Assembly: GCF_036365525.1 (NCBI RefSeq)
Contig: NC_090375.1
Location: 95,606,512 to 95,670,511 of the forward strand
Direction of reading: 5' to 3'
Origin: Heterodontus francisci
Taxonomy: Eukaryota
Length of the DNA stretch: 64,000 nt
Shown: piece after piece, positions 13,364-25,126 of the stretch
Numbering within the stretch: the stretch's first letter is position 1
Layout: each line of letters opens with the position of its first letter
The notes under the pieces: model-generated
Seen by the model: only the letters and a program-made list of their open reading frames with translations
Databases searched by the model: none
Told to the model about the DNA's origin: nothing
Translations under genes and position numbers: made by a program

Positions 13364-14317
13364 TGTTATGAACACTGGACTTTGTAGCATGATTATGCTT
13401 TAAAAAACTTATTTTTAAAAGTTTGAGGTAGAGTCAGAGAAGTCAGGTAACCTCACATCAATTCTGCTTAAAGATAAGACAAGGATCTTGGTTACCAGAA
13501 GAACAAAGAACACAGGTCAAAGACCTTTTTGAAAAACAGAGGCTGCAGGGATATAACACCTGAGAAACAATGGATTTCACCCTCCCAGACTTTCAGATCG
13601 TAAACAAGGAGTCAGTGGTTCCGAAAATGTAAATACGGATGGCATTGCTAAAACCTGGAAACAATGGAAAGCCCGGGTGGCTCTGCTGTAGCCATATTTG
13701 TGGACTTTGCATATTGGAAAAGACAATTGGCTATTGACTTTTGATTCCGATAAATTCAACAGATTTTCAGAAGGCAGGCAGGCTGTAAGGAAGACTGGAA
13801 GAAGACCAGCAGTGGCAGCCTCAGAGAGGAGAGAGAGAAGAAACACCAGCTCTCAGAGACTGATACAGCGAAATGCTGCAAAGACTTGAACAAGTTTTGA
13901 AAGTTGAGGTTTGCAGAGAAGTGAAAGACCAACAAGATCACCAGAGATTGCCTTATTCACAGACGTCCGGGTTGAAAGTGCTTGGAAGAAGTGAGCAAAG
14001 AGGACATTGACTTTGAGAAATGTCTGGGAGATTGAACCCATTGCGTCTGGGAGGAGCTTGGGACTTTTAGCTGTAAAGATTTCACCTTCAAGGAAGACTG
14101 TGTAACGGACAAGTGTGGTGTGATGTTTTCAAGTGAAGAAAATACCTTTGTCTGTAATTTGAGGTATTAGCTACGTACAAATTAATTAATGGGGATTTCT
14201 TTCAGTTTAGTTATAATAAAAGTCTTAAATGTGAAATCTGGTTGTGCAATTCTTTAAATTGGTCTGGGGGTTCATATCTCTTGTTTTATCATTGATGGTC
14301 TCACTGAGATCATAACA
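13364..14317 (+). mobile_element. Solo LTR (Gypsy-type termini)
   Basis: 8-bp inverted termini tgttatga...tcataaca, 4-bp TSD aaat/aaac, aataaa near 14215; cadherin-like sequence resumes on both sides. Confidence 0.75.
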
Positions 14318-15869
14318 AAACGAACCTGGTCCCTGCATCCTACTGACCTCCACTCCAGTCTTTTCTGGAGTATTAGCTGTCAGGCTGGGTTCACATGTTT
14401 TAAATATTTTCTGCAGGTGCACACAACTGCGTGGGAAAATTTTGAGCACCTGATAGAGGTAGAGGGAGTTGGATCTACGCTTGTGATCTACCTTCTTTGT
14501 TAGAGGACTGATTAAAAAATTTGACAGAGTTCTAAGGACTTCAATGGCATGACTCTGGCCTGGAGACCCTGGTGGACCCCACTTTCACTTCTGAAAATTG
14601 GCCAATTTCTTCACAAGATCCAGATCACTGGCTGTAAAGGACAAATCTCCAATAGCAGAAACTGCCTAACCAGACCCATCTCCTTACGATGTCATAGTTT
14701 TTGGCTGGGATGGGATTGGTGGAACTTTCTTCTGCCCAGGCCCCAGCTGAAGCTACTCATTGGCTACTCTTCTGGGCAGAGACCAGATGATTTTCTCCCC
14801 CCTCCAGGTCTTGTGTACGCTGTACATCACATTGCATCTCATGCCAAGAGAGAAGTTGGGCAAATGGAAGGAGGATTTGTAGGGAATTCTGGTAGATTGT
14901 ATCATCTCAGCAGTCCTTTCCCTGACACCAGCATGGAAGGAGGTGGATGCCAATAAATGCCTCTGCTCGCTTCTACTGGATTTTATACAATCCAAAATAA
15001 GGACAGAGATCCAGCTTTATTGGGTTGCACCCCAAATTCCACCCCATCTGTCCAGTTAATAATGGCTTTGTACCCGGGACTGAAGATGGTCAGGATCCAG
15101 TGCTTTCAACTGATGATAGAATAGTTTCAACTGACTTTCCATTGGATTCTTTATAAAAGTGGACAGTTTCAGATGTGGTTCATAATCTTCTCTGCACCAA
15201 TTCAATCCATCACCAGAGGGACTTGCTTTTTTTGCTCGTTTTCTTTAGTTTGAACTTTAATTCACCTTTTTTAAAAAAAGTAAGTAATTAAGATCACAAT
15301 TCTTCATACTCTTTGGCAGACTTGTTAGAAAAATTGGCATTTGACAGTAGTGCAATGTGACAGTTAACATTTACAGACATTATTAAGCATGTTCATGACG
15401 TCATTACAGCAGGTTTATCAAGAAACAGTTTGCAGTTAATGGGAGGGAAATTTTATGTCATATAATGAAAAACAGATATTTCCTCTTTAAAGTAATACAG
15501 GCACCAGCATGGCTATTTTTACACTGCATATATTATATGAATGAGGAAAGCAGTTGGAACATAGTACCAATCTTAGTACCATATTTACAGGCAAAATGTC
15601 AGAGTGCACATGGCCTTGAGTAGTGCAGCTAATCACAGCTTCTATTGTAGATCCATTAACATAAGACATATTTGTTGATGTTTTGGTTACTGTCTCATTG
15701 GTGTATATCTTACTTAAATTTCGATAACTCATGCAATTAAAATGATTTCCACTAGTTTTGGCATCCTGCCACATCCGCCATTCAATATAGTTTTTAGCCT
15801 ATTGGCCTGAAAATTGGTTTATCTGTTGGTACGAACTGTGTGAAGGGAACAATACCTGCACTGAGTGGG

Positions 15870-16515
15870 TAGACCTGAGGCTCATGTGATATTGGGTTTG
15901 GGCTTCATTTACATGAGGTTGGTGAGCTGCAGACATCTGCTGGACGTCCCCAGGGAGCTGGTGAAGCAGATTCAAATTTTGGGCCATTGAGATGCCAGCT
16001 GCAGCTCTCAGGTGCATCCTGGGAGGTGGGGAAAGTGATCTAGAGAGAGTGGGTGACTGGCAGAAAGGGGCCAGAGATTGAGAGGGTGACTGAGAGAGGG
16101 AGGAAAGAAATCAGAAGGCAGGGATGGGACCACGTGGGGTCTTTGGCACTGTAGTGGAGCCACGAAGAGCACTTCTGCACCCTTCTGTTCCACATTCAGT
16201 TTTTTTGGTGGTGGCCTCCAACGGTCTCTTTATGGACTGCTGGTTAGGTCGCATGTACATCATATTTTACTGAACGCAGTCGACTGAACTTTCAGGGCAG
16301 CCTGATTTTGCCTCAAGTGGATGTTAGGTTCCCTATTTTCATATGCAAATACATTAATGCCTGTTTCAGGTGTGGGCTTTGAATGCTTTTTTGCTGCTTT
16401 CACCAAGATGATGGGTGGCAAACTTTTGGTGTAATGAATGTGCCCACCATATTAGATGTTTAGCCTCCCATTTTGCACTTGAATAATGGGCGTGGCAATA
16501 TTGATTTCTAGGCCC
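15870..16515. mobile_element. Degenerate non-autonomous DNA transposon (MITE-like); related old copies around 4400-5010 and 59800-60230
   Basis: Ends gatttctaggccc, resembling the window's MITE TIRs; shares an agcac(t/c)tc..ctccaca block with 59990. Confidence 0.45.
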
Positions 16516-16679
16516 TCATGTTCGGCATGTGGAATAACGTTTGGAATTTTTTTTGATGTAAATATGTCCATTTATATGGGGTGAGAAATACTCTTGAATG
16601 GCTCCCCATGGTGCCACCCGATAGTCATGCCCTGGTCTATTTTGTGGGCTGCTTTTCGTGTGGGATTCCAACCAGTAAT

Positions 16680-16843
16680 ACTCGTCTAGAGGTAACAAAG
16701 GCATTGATGAGCGTTTCAGCAGCAAATGAGCTGAGGCAGGGGCGGAGCTGGACGATGTTATTTATGGAGGTAGAAATAGGTAGTCTTAGTGATGAAGTGG
16801 AAATGTAGTTAGAAATGCATTTCGGGGTCACATATGACACTGA
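16680..16843 (-). mobile_element. L2 LINE fragment
   Basis: NIVQLRPCLSSFAAETLINAFVTSR, typical of the L2 ORF2 C-terminal region. Confidence 0.8.
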
Positions 16844-17378
16844 GGGGTGAATCTTACGCCACCCCAGCGAGCGGAATGGTGGTGATGGGGTTGGCATAAA
16901 ATGGAGCGGAAGTAGGCCTTCCCGACCCGATCCCGCCTCCGCTGCCACTTTACATAGGGCGGCAGGGGCGATAAACGGCCCACCCACCCCAAGCCAATCA
17001 AGGCCCATAAGTGGCCACTTAAGGGCCTTCGCCCGCCTCCACGTGGATTTTATGCATGGCAAGCGGGCGGCCAAGGACCGAGAGAAGCTGCGTGGCAAAA
17101 CTGAGCGTCCGGGAGGGGGGCCAACCACCCACAACACCCCCACCAACCAGCCGCCCGTGCCTCGCCGCAGCCCGACCGATTTCCCCCGGCAAGGCAAACA
17201 AAACTTACCTCCTTCCTGGCTCCACGTCTTCTTCTGTCTTCAACTGGGCTGTAGTCCCAGCTGTGGCCACTGCTCCCGATGGCGCTGCTGGGACTAAGAG
17301 CTGCCGACCCGCTGATTGACCGGCAGCTCAATGAGGCGGGACTTCCTCCCTCAAGTGGGTGGAAGTCCCGCCTTGGAA
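16844..17378. mobile_element. GC-rich Harbinger-type MITE, one end lost
   Basis: Left end ggggtgaatcttacg resembles the gggctgaattttac TIR; internal taagtggccacttaag palindrome is shared with the 23400 and 58140 elements. Confidence 0.6.
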
Positions 17379-17995
17379 GAATTGTGCTCCACATCTAGTT
17401 GCATCCCCAGCCAATCTGTTCCAGTACAGCTGTAACACTGGCATCTACCTGATAATGTGGAAAATTCCTGTACACCTGAAGCAGAATAAATCCAATCCAG
17501 CCAATTACTGTCCACTCAGTCTACTCTCAATTATCAGCAAAGTGACAGAAGGTGTCGTTGACAGTGCTATTAAGCAGTGCTTAGGCAGCAATAACCTGGT
17601 CACCGATGCTCAGTTTGGGTTCTGCCAGGGCTACTCAACTCCAGACCTCATGAAAGCTTTTGTCCAAACATGGACAAAAGAGCTGAATTCCAAAGGTGGG
17701 GTGAGAGCGACTGCCCTTGATATCAAGGCAGCAGTTGACTGATTGTTGCTCCTAGTAAAATTGAAGTCAACGGGAGTCAGGGGGAAAACTCTCCACTGGT
17801 TGGAATTATAACCAGCACAGAGGAAGATGGTTGTGATTGTTGGAGGCCGATCATATCAGTCCCAGGACATTGCTGCATGAGTTCCTCAGGGTAGTGTCCT
17901 TGGCCCAACCATCTTCAGCTGCTTCATCAATGACCTTCCCTTCATCATAAGGTCAGCAATGGGGATGCTCGCTGATGATTGCACCGTGTTCAGTC

Positions 17996-19186
17996 TGTTA
18001 CGGCCAAACCAGGAAAAGGCTGAGCGGGGAGCCCTAGACTCCTTCCTCACCTGGTCATAAGGTGAGGAAGGGGTCTCGGGCTCCCCTCTCGGCCTTTTCC
18101 AGGTTTGGACATAACAGTGTTTAACTTGTAAAACACAATGGTTTTTTTAGCTTCTCCTCAGTGAGTCCTTGCTCACTGCTCTCTAATTGTAATTGTAAAA
18201 GAATCAGCCAAACAGATTTTCACAGATTTAAACAAAAAAAAGTGCAAGTTTATCAATCTTAAAACTCTAACTCAGTTAAAACTACCAAAAATACACGACG
18301 CAACCGTGCTAGCATGCATATGCGATGAACACACACACACACAAATAGATACAGAGGAGGAGAAAAAATTAAAGGGGGGAAGGTTTGAAGTAGTAGATGG
18401 AATTCAGTTACTGGTTTTGGGTTGGATGTAAAGTCTTTGATTGAAGTTAAGTCTTGCAGTTCTTGTTGGGGCCTAGTGCACACTTTTAAACTTGTTTCGC
18501 TGGTACCAGAAGGTTGCAGGGGTCTTCTGTCTCAAGGCTTAAGTTACTTCCATAGGTCCCTGGAACTTTGCGTGAGAGAGAGACAGAGAGAAAGAGAGAC
18601 CTTGCTTCTCTTTTGATCTTCAAAAACGGTCTGTCCCAACTTTACTGTGAGCACAATTCAATCAATTACCAGGTTGGCCAGCAGGTTAGTAATGTGATTA
18701 GCTCTTTGTTTGAGACAGCATAACCTGTGAAGCTTCTTCAAAGCTCACTGGACACACTCAGTGGGGAGGTGGAATGCTGGCTTTTACACAAGACAATAGA
18801 GTTATAGAATCACAGAGTCATAGAGTTATACAGCAGAGAAATAGTCCCTTCGGCCCATCGTGAAATGACTCTCAATGTCTTTTGATCATTACTATTGACA
18901 CCTTCCCAAGGGCAATTAGGGATGGGCAATAAATGCTAGCCTAGCAAGCGATGCCCACATCCCATGAATGAATTAAAAAAAAACCCATCTGGCTAATTGG
19001 ATCAGGGAACACTTCCATTGTTTCACTGTCCAACTGTGTCTCAGAATGCAAATGTGCAGCCATGTTGTCAGCCACTGCTCTGTGCTCTTTTTAAACAAGT
19101 TATTTTCAATGTCCCGTAAGCGTTCAAATAGCATCCATATGATGAAATTAATATGTTTCCATTTGGCAGGTGTGGTTTCCGTCACA
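17996..19186 (-). mobile_element. Solo LTR of the same family as 38122-39033, with a terminal inverted duplication and two nested LINE tails
   Basis: tgttacgg...ccgtcaca termini; perfect 4-bp TSD agtc (17992-17995 / 19187-19190); nested CR1 tail about 18797-18862(-) and LINE-A tail about 18905-18983(+). Confidence 0.88.
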
Positions 19187-19639
19187 AGTCCCATCCTCAG
19201 ATACTGAAGCAGTCCATGTCCACATGCAGCAGGACCTGAACAACATTTAGGCTTGGCTGATAACTAGCAAGCAACACTTGCACCACACAAGTGCCAGGAA
19301 ATGAACATCTCCAACTGGACAAAATCCAACTATCTCCCCTTGACCTTCAATGGCATTACCATTGCTGAATTTCCCACCATCAACACCCAAGGGGTTACAA
19401 TTGATCAGAAACTTAACTGGGCCTGCCACCTAAATACCATAGCTACAGGAACATTCTGCAGGACGTTGCTCACCTCCTGACTTCCCAAAATCTGTCCACC
19501 TTCTACAAGGCACAAATCAGGAGACTGATGGAATACTTTCCACTTGTCTGGATAAATGCAGCTCGAACAACGCTCAAAAATCTCAACACCATCCAGGTCA
19601 AAGCAGTCCGCTTGATCCACCACCTTAATGAACTTAGCT

Positions 19640-19997
19640 TGAAAGGGTAGCTGTAGGAAGGATGTTTCTTCTGACTGGGGGCAGGGGTCTAGAACCAGGG
19701 GTCTCAGAATAAGAGGTAGGCCATTTAAGATCAAGATGAGGAGTGATCTCTTGACTCGGTGGGGGGGGGGGTGAAATCTTTGGAATTGTCTACCCCAGAG
19801 GGCTGTGGAGGCTCAGTCATTGACTATATTCAAGACAGAGATTGATATATTTCTAGACATTAAAGATATCAAGGGATATGGGGATAGTGCAGGAAATTGG
19901 CATGGAGGTAGAAGGTCAGCTATGATTAAGTTGAATGGCGGAGCAGGCTCGAGGGGATGAATGGTCTACTCCTGCTCCTATTTCCTATGTTCCTATG
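19640..19997 (+). mobile_element. CR1 3' fragment nested in LINE-A
   Basis: SRTRGLRIRGRPFK-like region; tail ggctcgaggggatgaatggtctactcctgctcctatttcctatgttcctatg. Confidence 0.8.
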
Positions 19998-20368
19998 CTA
20001 AACATTCACTCCCTCCACCACCAGTGTACAGTGGCAGCAGGATATACCATCTACAAAGTGCACTACAGCAACTCGCCAAGACTTCTTTGACAGCACCTTC
20101 CAAACCTGCTACCTTTACCACCAAGAAGACCATGGGAACACCACCACCTGCAAGTTCTCCTCCAAGCCACACACCATCCTGACTTTGAACTATATCACCG
20201 TTCCTTCACTGTCACTGGGTCAAAATTCTGGAACTCCCTTCCTAACTGTGGGTGTACCTACCCCACATGGACTGCAGGGGTTCAAGAAGGCGGCTCACCA
20301 CCACTTCTCAAGGGGAATTAGATTTGGGCAATAAATGCTGTCCTAGCTGGCAACACCCACATCCCATG

Positions 20369-20680
20369 GGGAGGCAGTCCTGCAGTGGTATCGTCGTTAG
20401 ACTAGTAACCTAGACCCCCAGGTTATTGCTCTTGGGACATGGGCTCGAATTCCACCACAGCTGAATAAAAATCTGGAATTAAAAGCTAGTCTGATGATGG
20501 CCACAAAACCATTGTCAATTGTTGTAATAACCCATCTGGTTCACTAATGTCCTTTAGGGAAGGAAATCTGCCATCCTTACCTGATCTGCCCTACGTGTGA
20601 CACAAGCCATTCAGTTCAAAGGCAATAAATGCTGGTCGAGCCAGCAACACCCACATTCCACAAGTAAATTAACAAACAAA
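20369..20680 (+). mobile_element. tRNA-derived SINE carrying the LINE-A 3' tail
   Basis: A/B-box-like agtggtat...gggctcgaattcc, core aatctggaattaaaagctagtct..cccatctggttcactaatg..ggaaggaaatctgc; homologous to 46775-47162. Confidence 0.8.
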
Positions 20681-23247
20681 TTCAGATTTCAGCCAGCTTT
20701 CCACTAGTACAAATATTGATGAAACTTTAGGATTTATTGTTCCAGGGTAAGTTGCCTAAATATTGAATGAATGGTAAAGCTTAATTTAGAGCTTTCTGCA
20801 ATCAAATGTGAGTTTTATTAACTTACACTGTTCCCAATGGGCTTCCATTCTATATTATGTTGTGCCATATAAATTCTCAGGCTTCGTAAGCGAGTGAAAG
20901 ATTCAGAGTTCTGCTATATTCACTTGGACAGATATCAATGGCTGACATGACTACCAACTCCATTAATTATCACCAAGTGCCTAGAGTGGTGTCTGTAAGT
21001 TACAGTAAATCAGTATAATTTTCCATTTGGTAGCTGTCAGACCACAAGGAACTCTTAGGTACAGTGATGTTGAAATAATGTTACAGAGCAAGAGAAACAA
21101 ACTGAAGAATACAATGTTGAGCCACAGAATCTATGTATCATAGCTGTAAAAATTCAATGCTTTTCAACATCTGACTCCTCTGTTTTTAAGCTAATGGAGC
21201 CACATTTGTTCTTGGAAATCCATTACTTTTCCATAGTGGTTAACTTACAATTCCCTAAAGCCTAATGATTTCATTTAATTCCAGTATTTATTTCATTTTG
21301 TGGCATTGCCTCATAATTTTGGTTTATCTTGGACATTTATTTGCAATATTAACAAATCTACTCGGCCTTCAAAGAATGTTCTGAAAGGTTTACATAGCCT
21401 CCTCAGTCGGCTATTTATTCATTGGAATTTCAGGACATGATTCCATCCGTGTTCTGTTACTTTCCTGACTACCTTTCCTACCAACTGTTGGTTGATTGCA
21501 GATATCTCAGGCTTCAGATGTCAACACAGTCAGATATTTTTATTTGAAAGGCTATAACTTCCATGCAATGTTTGGATTGCTTGAATTTCAGGTCTTTTTT
21601 CTGATCAAACTTGCTTTCATAATTAGTTTCACCAGCTCACCCCCTTCTGCAGTGTGCAATGCATTCACCAGCATGTCATAAATGTCGCACAGACTTGCCA
21701 GCAATATCAGACCATAAAGCCAAGCAAAGCATTTGTGTGCCTAAAATTAGAGGTTATAGGGTTCTTCTTTCTTTTGGGCCTCCTTATCTCGAGAGACAAT
21801 GGATACGCGCCTGGAGGTGGTCAGTGGTTTGTGAAGCAGCGCCTGGATAGGGTGCTGATTGAATTAATCACAAGGCAATAAAAGCTCCTGGACCAGAGGA
21901 AGAGGCACTTTGTGGCCTCTTTTTCTGCCCATTTTGAAGCTGACAAGAGCAGGAATCAGCTGTCCTGCCAGCTCCCTCAGCCACCAGCTTCCTGTGGACA
22001 AAGGATACCATGACAAATGGAAATGATGGTTAATGATGCATTAATGCTGAAACAATGTTGGGTGTCAGGAATGCCATTGGGTTCCTAGCATCCAGTGGTA
22101 CTAAGGAGGCAGAGAGGGGGATCCCAGTATTAAACAGCTGCCTTCCTAAATTGCACTAGACAAAGTGGATAAATTAGAAGGTGAATTTCCACTGGGGTTC
22201 TTCTGCTCATCTGCTGTAATTGTGGCAAAGGATACTGCAGAAAACTGAGCTAAATGGCTTAGATTCACCAACTTAAAACAAATTAGGAATAAGCAATTTT
22301 TTTTCTGCAGTCATGACTATTGGCCAGGCTTTTGCAAAACAAGTACCAAAATATTTGCTTCCTCCACCCCCAATACCACCAGAAGTGGGTGATCATGTGG
22401 CTCGATAAATACTTCTGGGAGTCCACCACTACCACTGTTAGGGACACATCAACACGTGGAAGACTTGTCCTAATGCACATCCAGTGGGAACCTTACCAAA
22501 GAAGAAAATCTAGGCTTTACTGTACACAAAGCTTTTCTATATTTTAAAGCTTTGTGGAGGACTAAAATATTGTTTTAAAATTCTACTCACTTTAAGAGAG
22601 GCTAGCAATTATATAAATCATCAGTAAAATGGTGGCACAACAAACTCTTTCACTTGGTGTTCAGTAAGACCATCCAGCACCTGTTTTACAGAGAATTATG
22701 TTTGGGTGCCAATCACAAATGCTAGTAGTTATAATTATATGTGCTGCACTGATAATATTTAGTTGCAATGTTTCAGATGCAGATTTGTACTATTGCAAGT
22801 CAGCTGATCTTATGTACTTCAAGAATTTTGTAGCTCAAATTTACAATATGCTGTTTTATATATACTTGATTCATCATAAGCTTTATAAAATTAAATCTTT
22901 GAAAATTAATATCCATATATTGGGATGACTCTAAGGCTCACTTTGCAATTGCATTGTAAGATTTCTAACAGAAGTAGAAGTTTGTCAGAAAAATATTCAG
23001 TCTTTCACAGTTTAATAAACTCCTGTGTTTATATAAAATAAATCTAGCCCTTCAAAAAAAAAGCACGTAATCTGAAATTTAATAAGCTTGTTACAATTTG
23101 GGTTTCTTTTCAAAATGTTTTTCTTGTACTCACCAAAAGAGTCAGCTTCCACAGGCCAATCTGTGATTTCTATCAGTGAAACTTGACTGATCCATGAAGT
23201 ACAGCAGGGTAAACAACATACTTTTATACTATTAAGTTAGACACATT

Positions 23248-24004
23248 GGCCGGAAATTTCCGGGCCCTTTGGCGACAAGCTGGGAGGCAGGAAGACTCGC
23301 AAAATTGCTTGGGAAGATGTCAGGGGGTGGGGAGGGTTCCCACCATCTTCCCGCCACCATGCCAATTTGCTAGAGGTGGGAAAGTTGGCAGATTAGATGC
23401 CCACTGGGAGGCTATTTGAGCCACTTAAGTGGCCAATTAGGGGCCATTTCCTGCCTCTGTGGGAATTTTGCCCACTTTGGAGGCCCACCACCACATGGGA
23501 AGACCACCCAGTGAAACCTGGCAGCCTCCCAACGGGTTCCAGGGATGGAGGCACTCCATGGCCCATGGAGCTGCCACCCACCGGCAATGGCTGCCCTCAC
23601 TGCAATGGCACCACGGGCTCTGGCATTCCCCAACTCCATTGACCGTTCTTCAAGGGTCACAGACCTGAAACGTTAACTCTGTTTCTCACTCCACAGATGC
23701 TGCCAGACCTGCTGAGTTTTCCCACACTTTCTGTTTTTCTTTCTTTAAGGGTGCCTGGCCATTGAGGCACCCACTCCCTGCAGCTGCAGCCTCAGCCATG
23801 GCTGCTGAACTGCTGGCCCTCTGATTAAGCCGGCAGTTCTTGGGGGTGGGCACCATTCTTAATTGGACAGCAGCCCCAGTGGCAGCCACTTAATTGGCTG
23901 CCGCCGGTAATATACCTCCCCTGATCCCGGTGCTGGCAGAAACAGGTCGTCACCCCCTTTTGGCTCCAACAGCAGGACATCCGCTCCCTCCCCAAAGTTC
24001 AGCC
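23248..24004. mobile_element. Harbinger-type MITE with an embedded Penelope tail (about 23645-23740)
   Basis: Degenerate TIRs ggccggaaattt / aaagttcagcc; GC-rich body related to the other MITEs. Confidence 0.6.
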
Positions 24005-24302
24005 TATTGGAGCTACAATGCTTCAGGGGTTTCACCAGCTTCCCTCTATGACTCAAGCTGCAGACCAGCAGAACAGGGAAATGGGAGAAACTGGTGTTTC
24101 TGTTATATTCCTGCAGGTTCGAATTGTTTTCCATTGGAGTTATAGTGGGTGACTGGTAGAACACTGAAGAGAATTTCAGCCCAAGGAAATAGCACGAAAC
24201 ACCACCATATGCCCTTAATCTCTCTGAAAGATGGAAAAAAAATATCTGGGGCTAAAAATATGAATTTGAATTTATTATAAATGTAAATGTTTGTGGAAAA
24301 AT

Positions 24303-24888
24303 GGGCTGGAGTGGGGTTCAGGACCTCAACCAAATGGGGGTCCCAAGCCTGCACTTGCCAGCAGCGTGACTTGCTCAGTGATTTTCCAGGCGGCAACCTC
24401 CTAACTGTCCATCTCAGAGCTCACCATCCCTTTTTGGACAATGGGCAGGCTCTCTATGCTTGCAGGCCCAATCAGAGGGCTGTCAGTTCTGGAGCCTCGG
24501 CATCTCAACATGGAGACACCTTCTGAAGAACTGAACGTTCAACAGGATAAACGGATGGCTTGCATCTGTGGCTGTGGCCCTCGCAGCCTAGCTGATCCAT
24601 GCTGGGTCGTTTTGCAGAAGGTGCCGCTGCCACCATTCCATCCCCAGTCTGCCATCGGGAGGCTGCCAGCCTTCCAGCTACTGGCTGCAGCCACATCGGG
24701 GCATGTGATGAGTGCCCTCAATTAACACTTTAATTGGCCTAAATGTCTACCTCTGGTGGGTAGTAGTATCACCCCAAAATTGCCTAGAGGAGTGAACACG
24801 GCAGCAGACCAGCATGTTGACTGTAGTGAGAAATTGCTGCCACGCCCGCCTCCAAACCAGCCTCCGCCTCTGTAGCAAAATCTAGCCC
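24303..24888. mobile_element. Harbinger-type MITE
   Basis: gggctgga...aaaatctagccc termini with 3-bp TSD aat/aat. Confidence 0.7.
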
Positions 24889-24997
24889 AATATGTCAGAA
24901 GATTAAAAAATATACAAACCATGATATTATGAAACTTGCTCTATAATCTCAACCATGTTGTGAACGAGCTCTTGGAAAAAACATCAACTACTTTTAT

Positions 24998-25115
24998 AAA
25001 AGCAAAATACTGCGAATGCTGTAAATCTGTAATAAGAACAGAAAGTGTTGGAAAAATACACAGCAGGTCTGGCAGCATCTGTGGAGAGAGGAATAGAGTT
25101 AACGTTTCAGGTCAA
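24998..25115 (-). mobile_element. Penelope-like 3' tail
   Basis: Reverse complement of the gacctgaaacgttaactct...acagatgctgccagacctgctg...gcagtattttgcttt module. Confidence 0.7.
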
Positions 25116-25126
25116 TCAGATCATTG

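Larger units (their letters stand above)
17380..20368 (+). mobile_element. LINE-A RT to 3' tail, interrupted by a solo LTR (17996-19186) and a CR1 fragment (about 19640-19997)
   Basis: ALDIKAAVD, VPQGSVLGP, ADDCTVFS then resumes at 19191; LINE-A tail at 20310-20368. Confidence 0.9.

Noticed and set aside
14750-15120. Gypsy pol remnant (PG...HHI on +, HAGVR on -)
   Set aside because: No RT or integrase core follows, and the flanking + strand motifs (DSG, YDVIVFGWDG, ANG, DGQDPVLST) fit cadherin repeats better.
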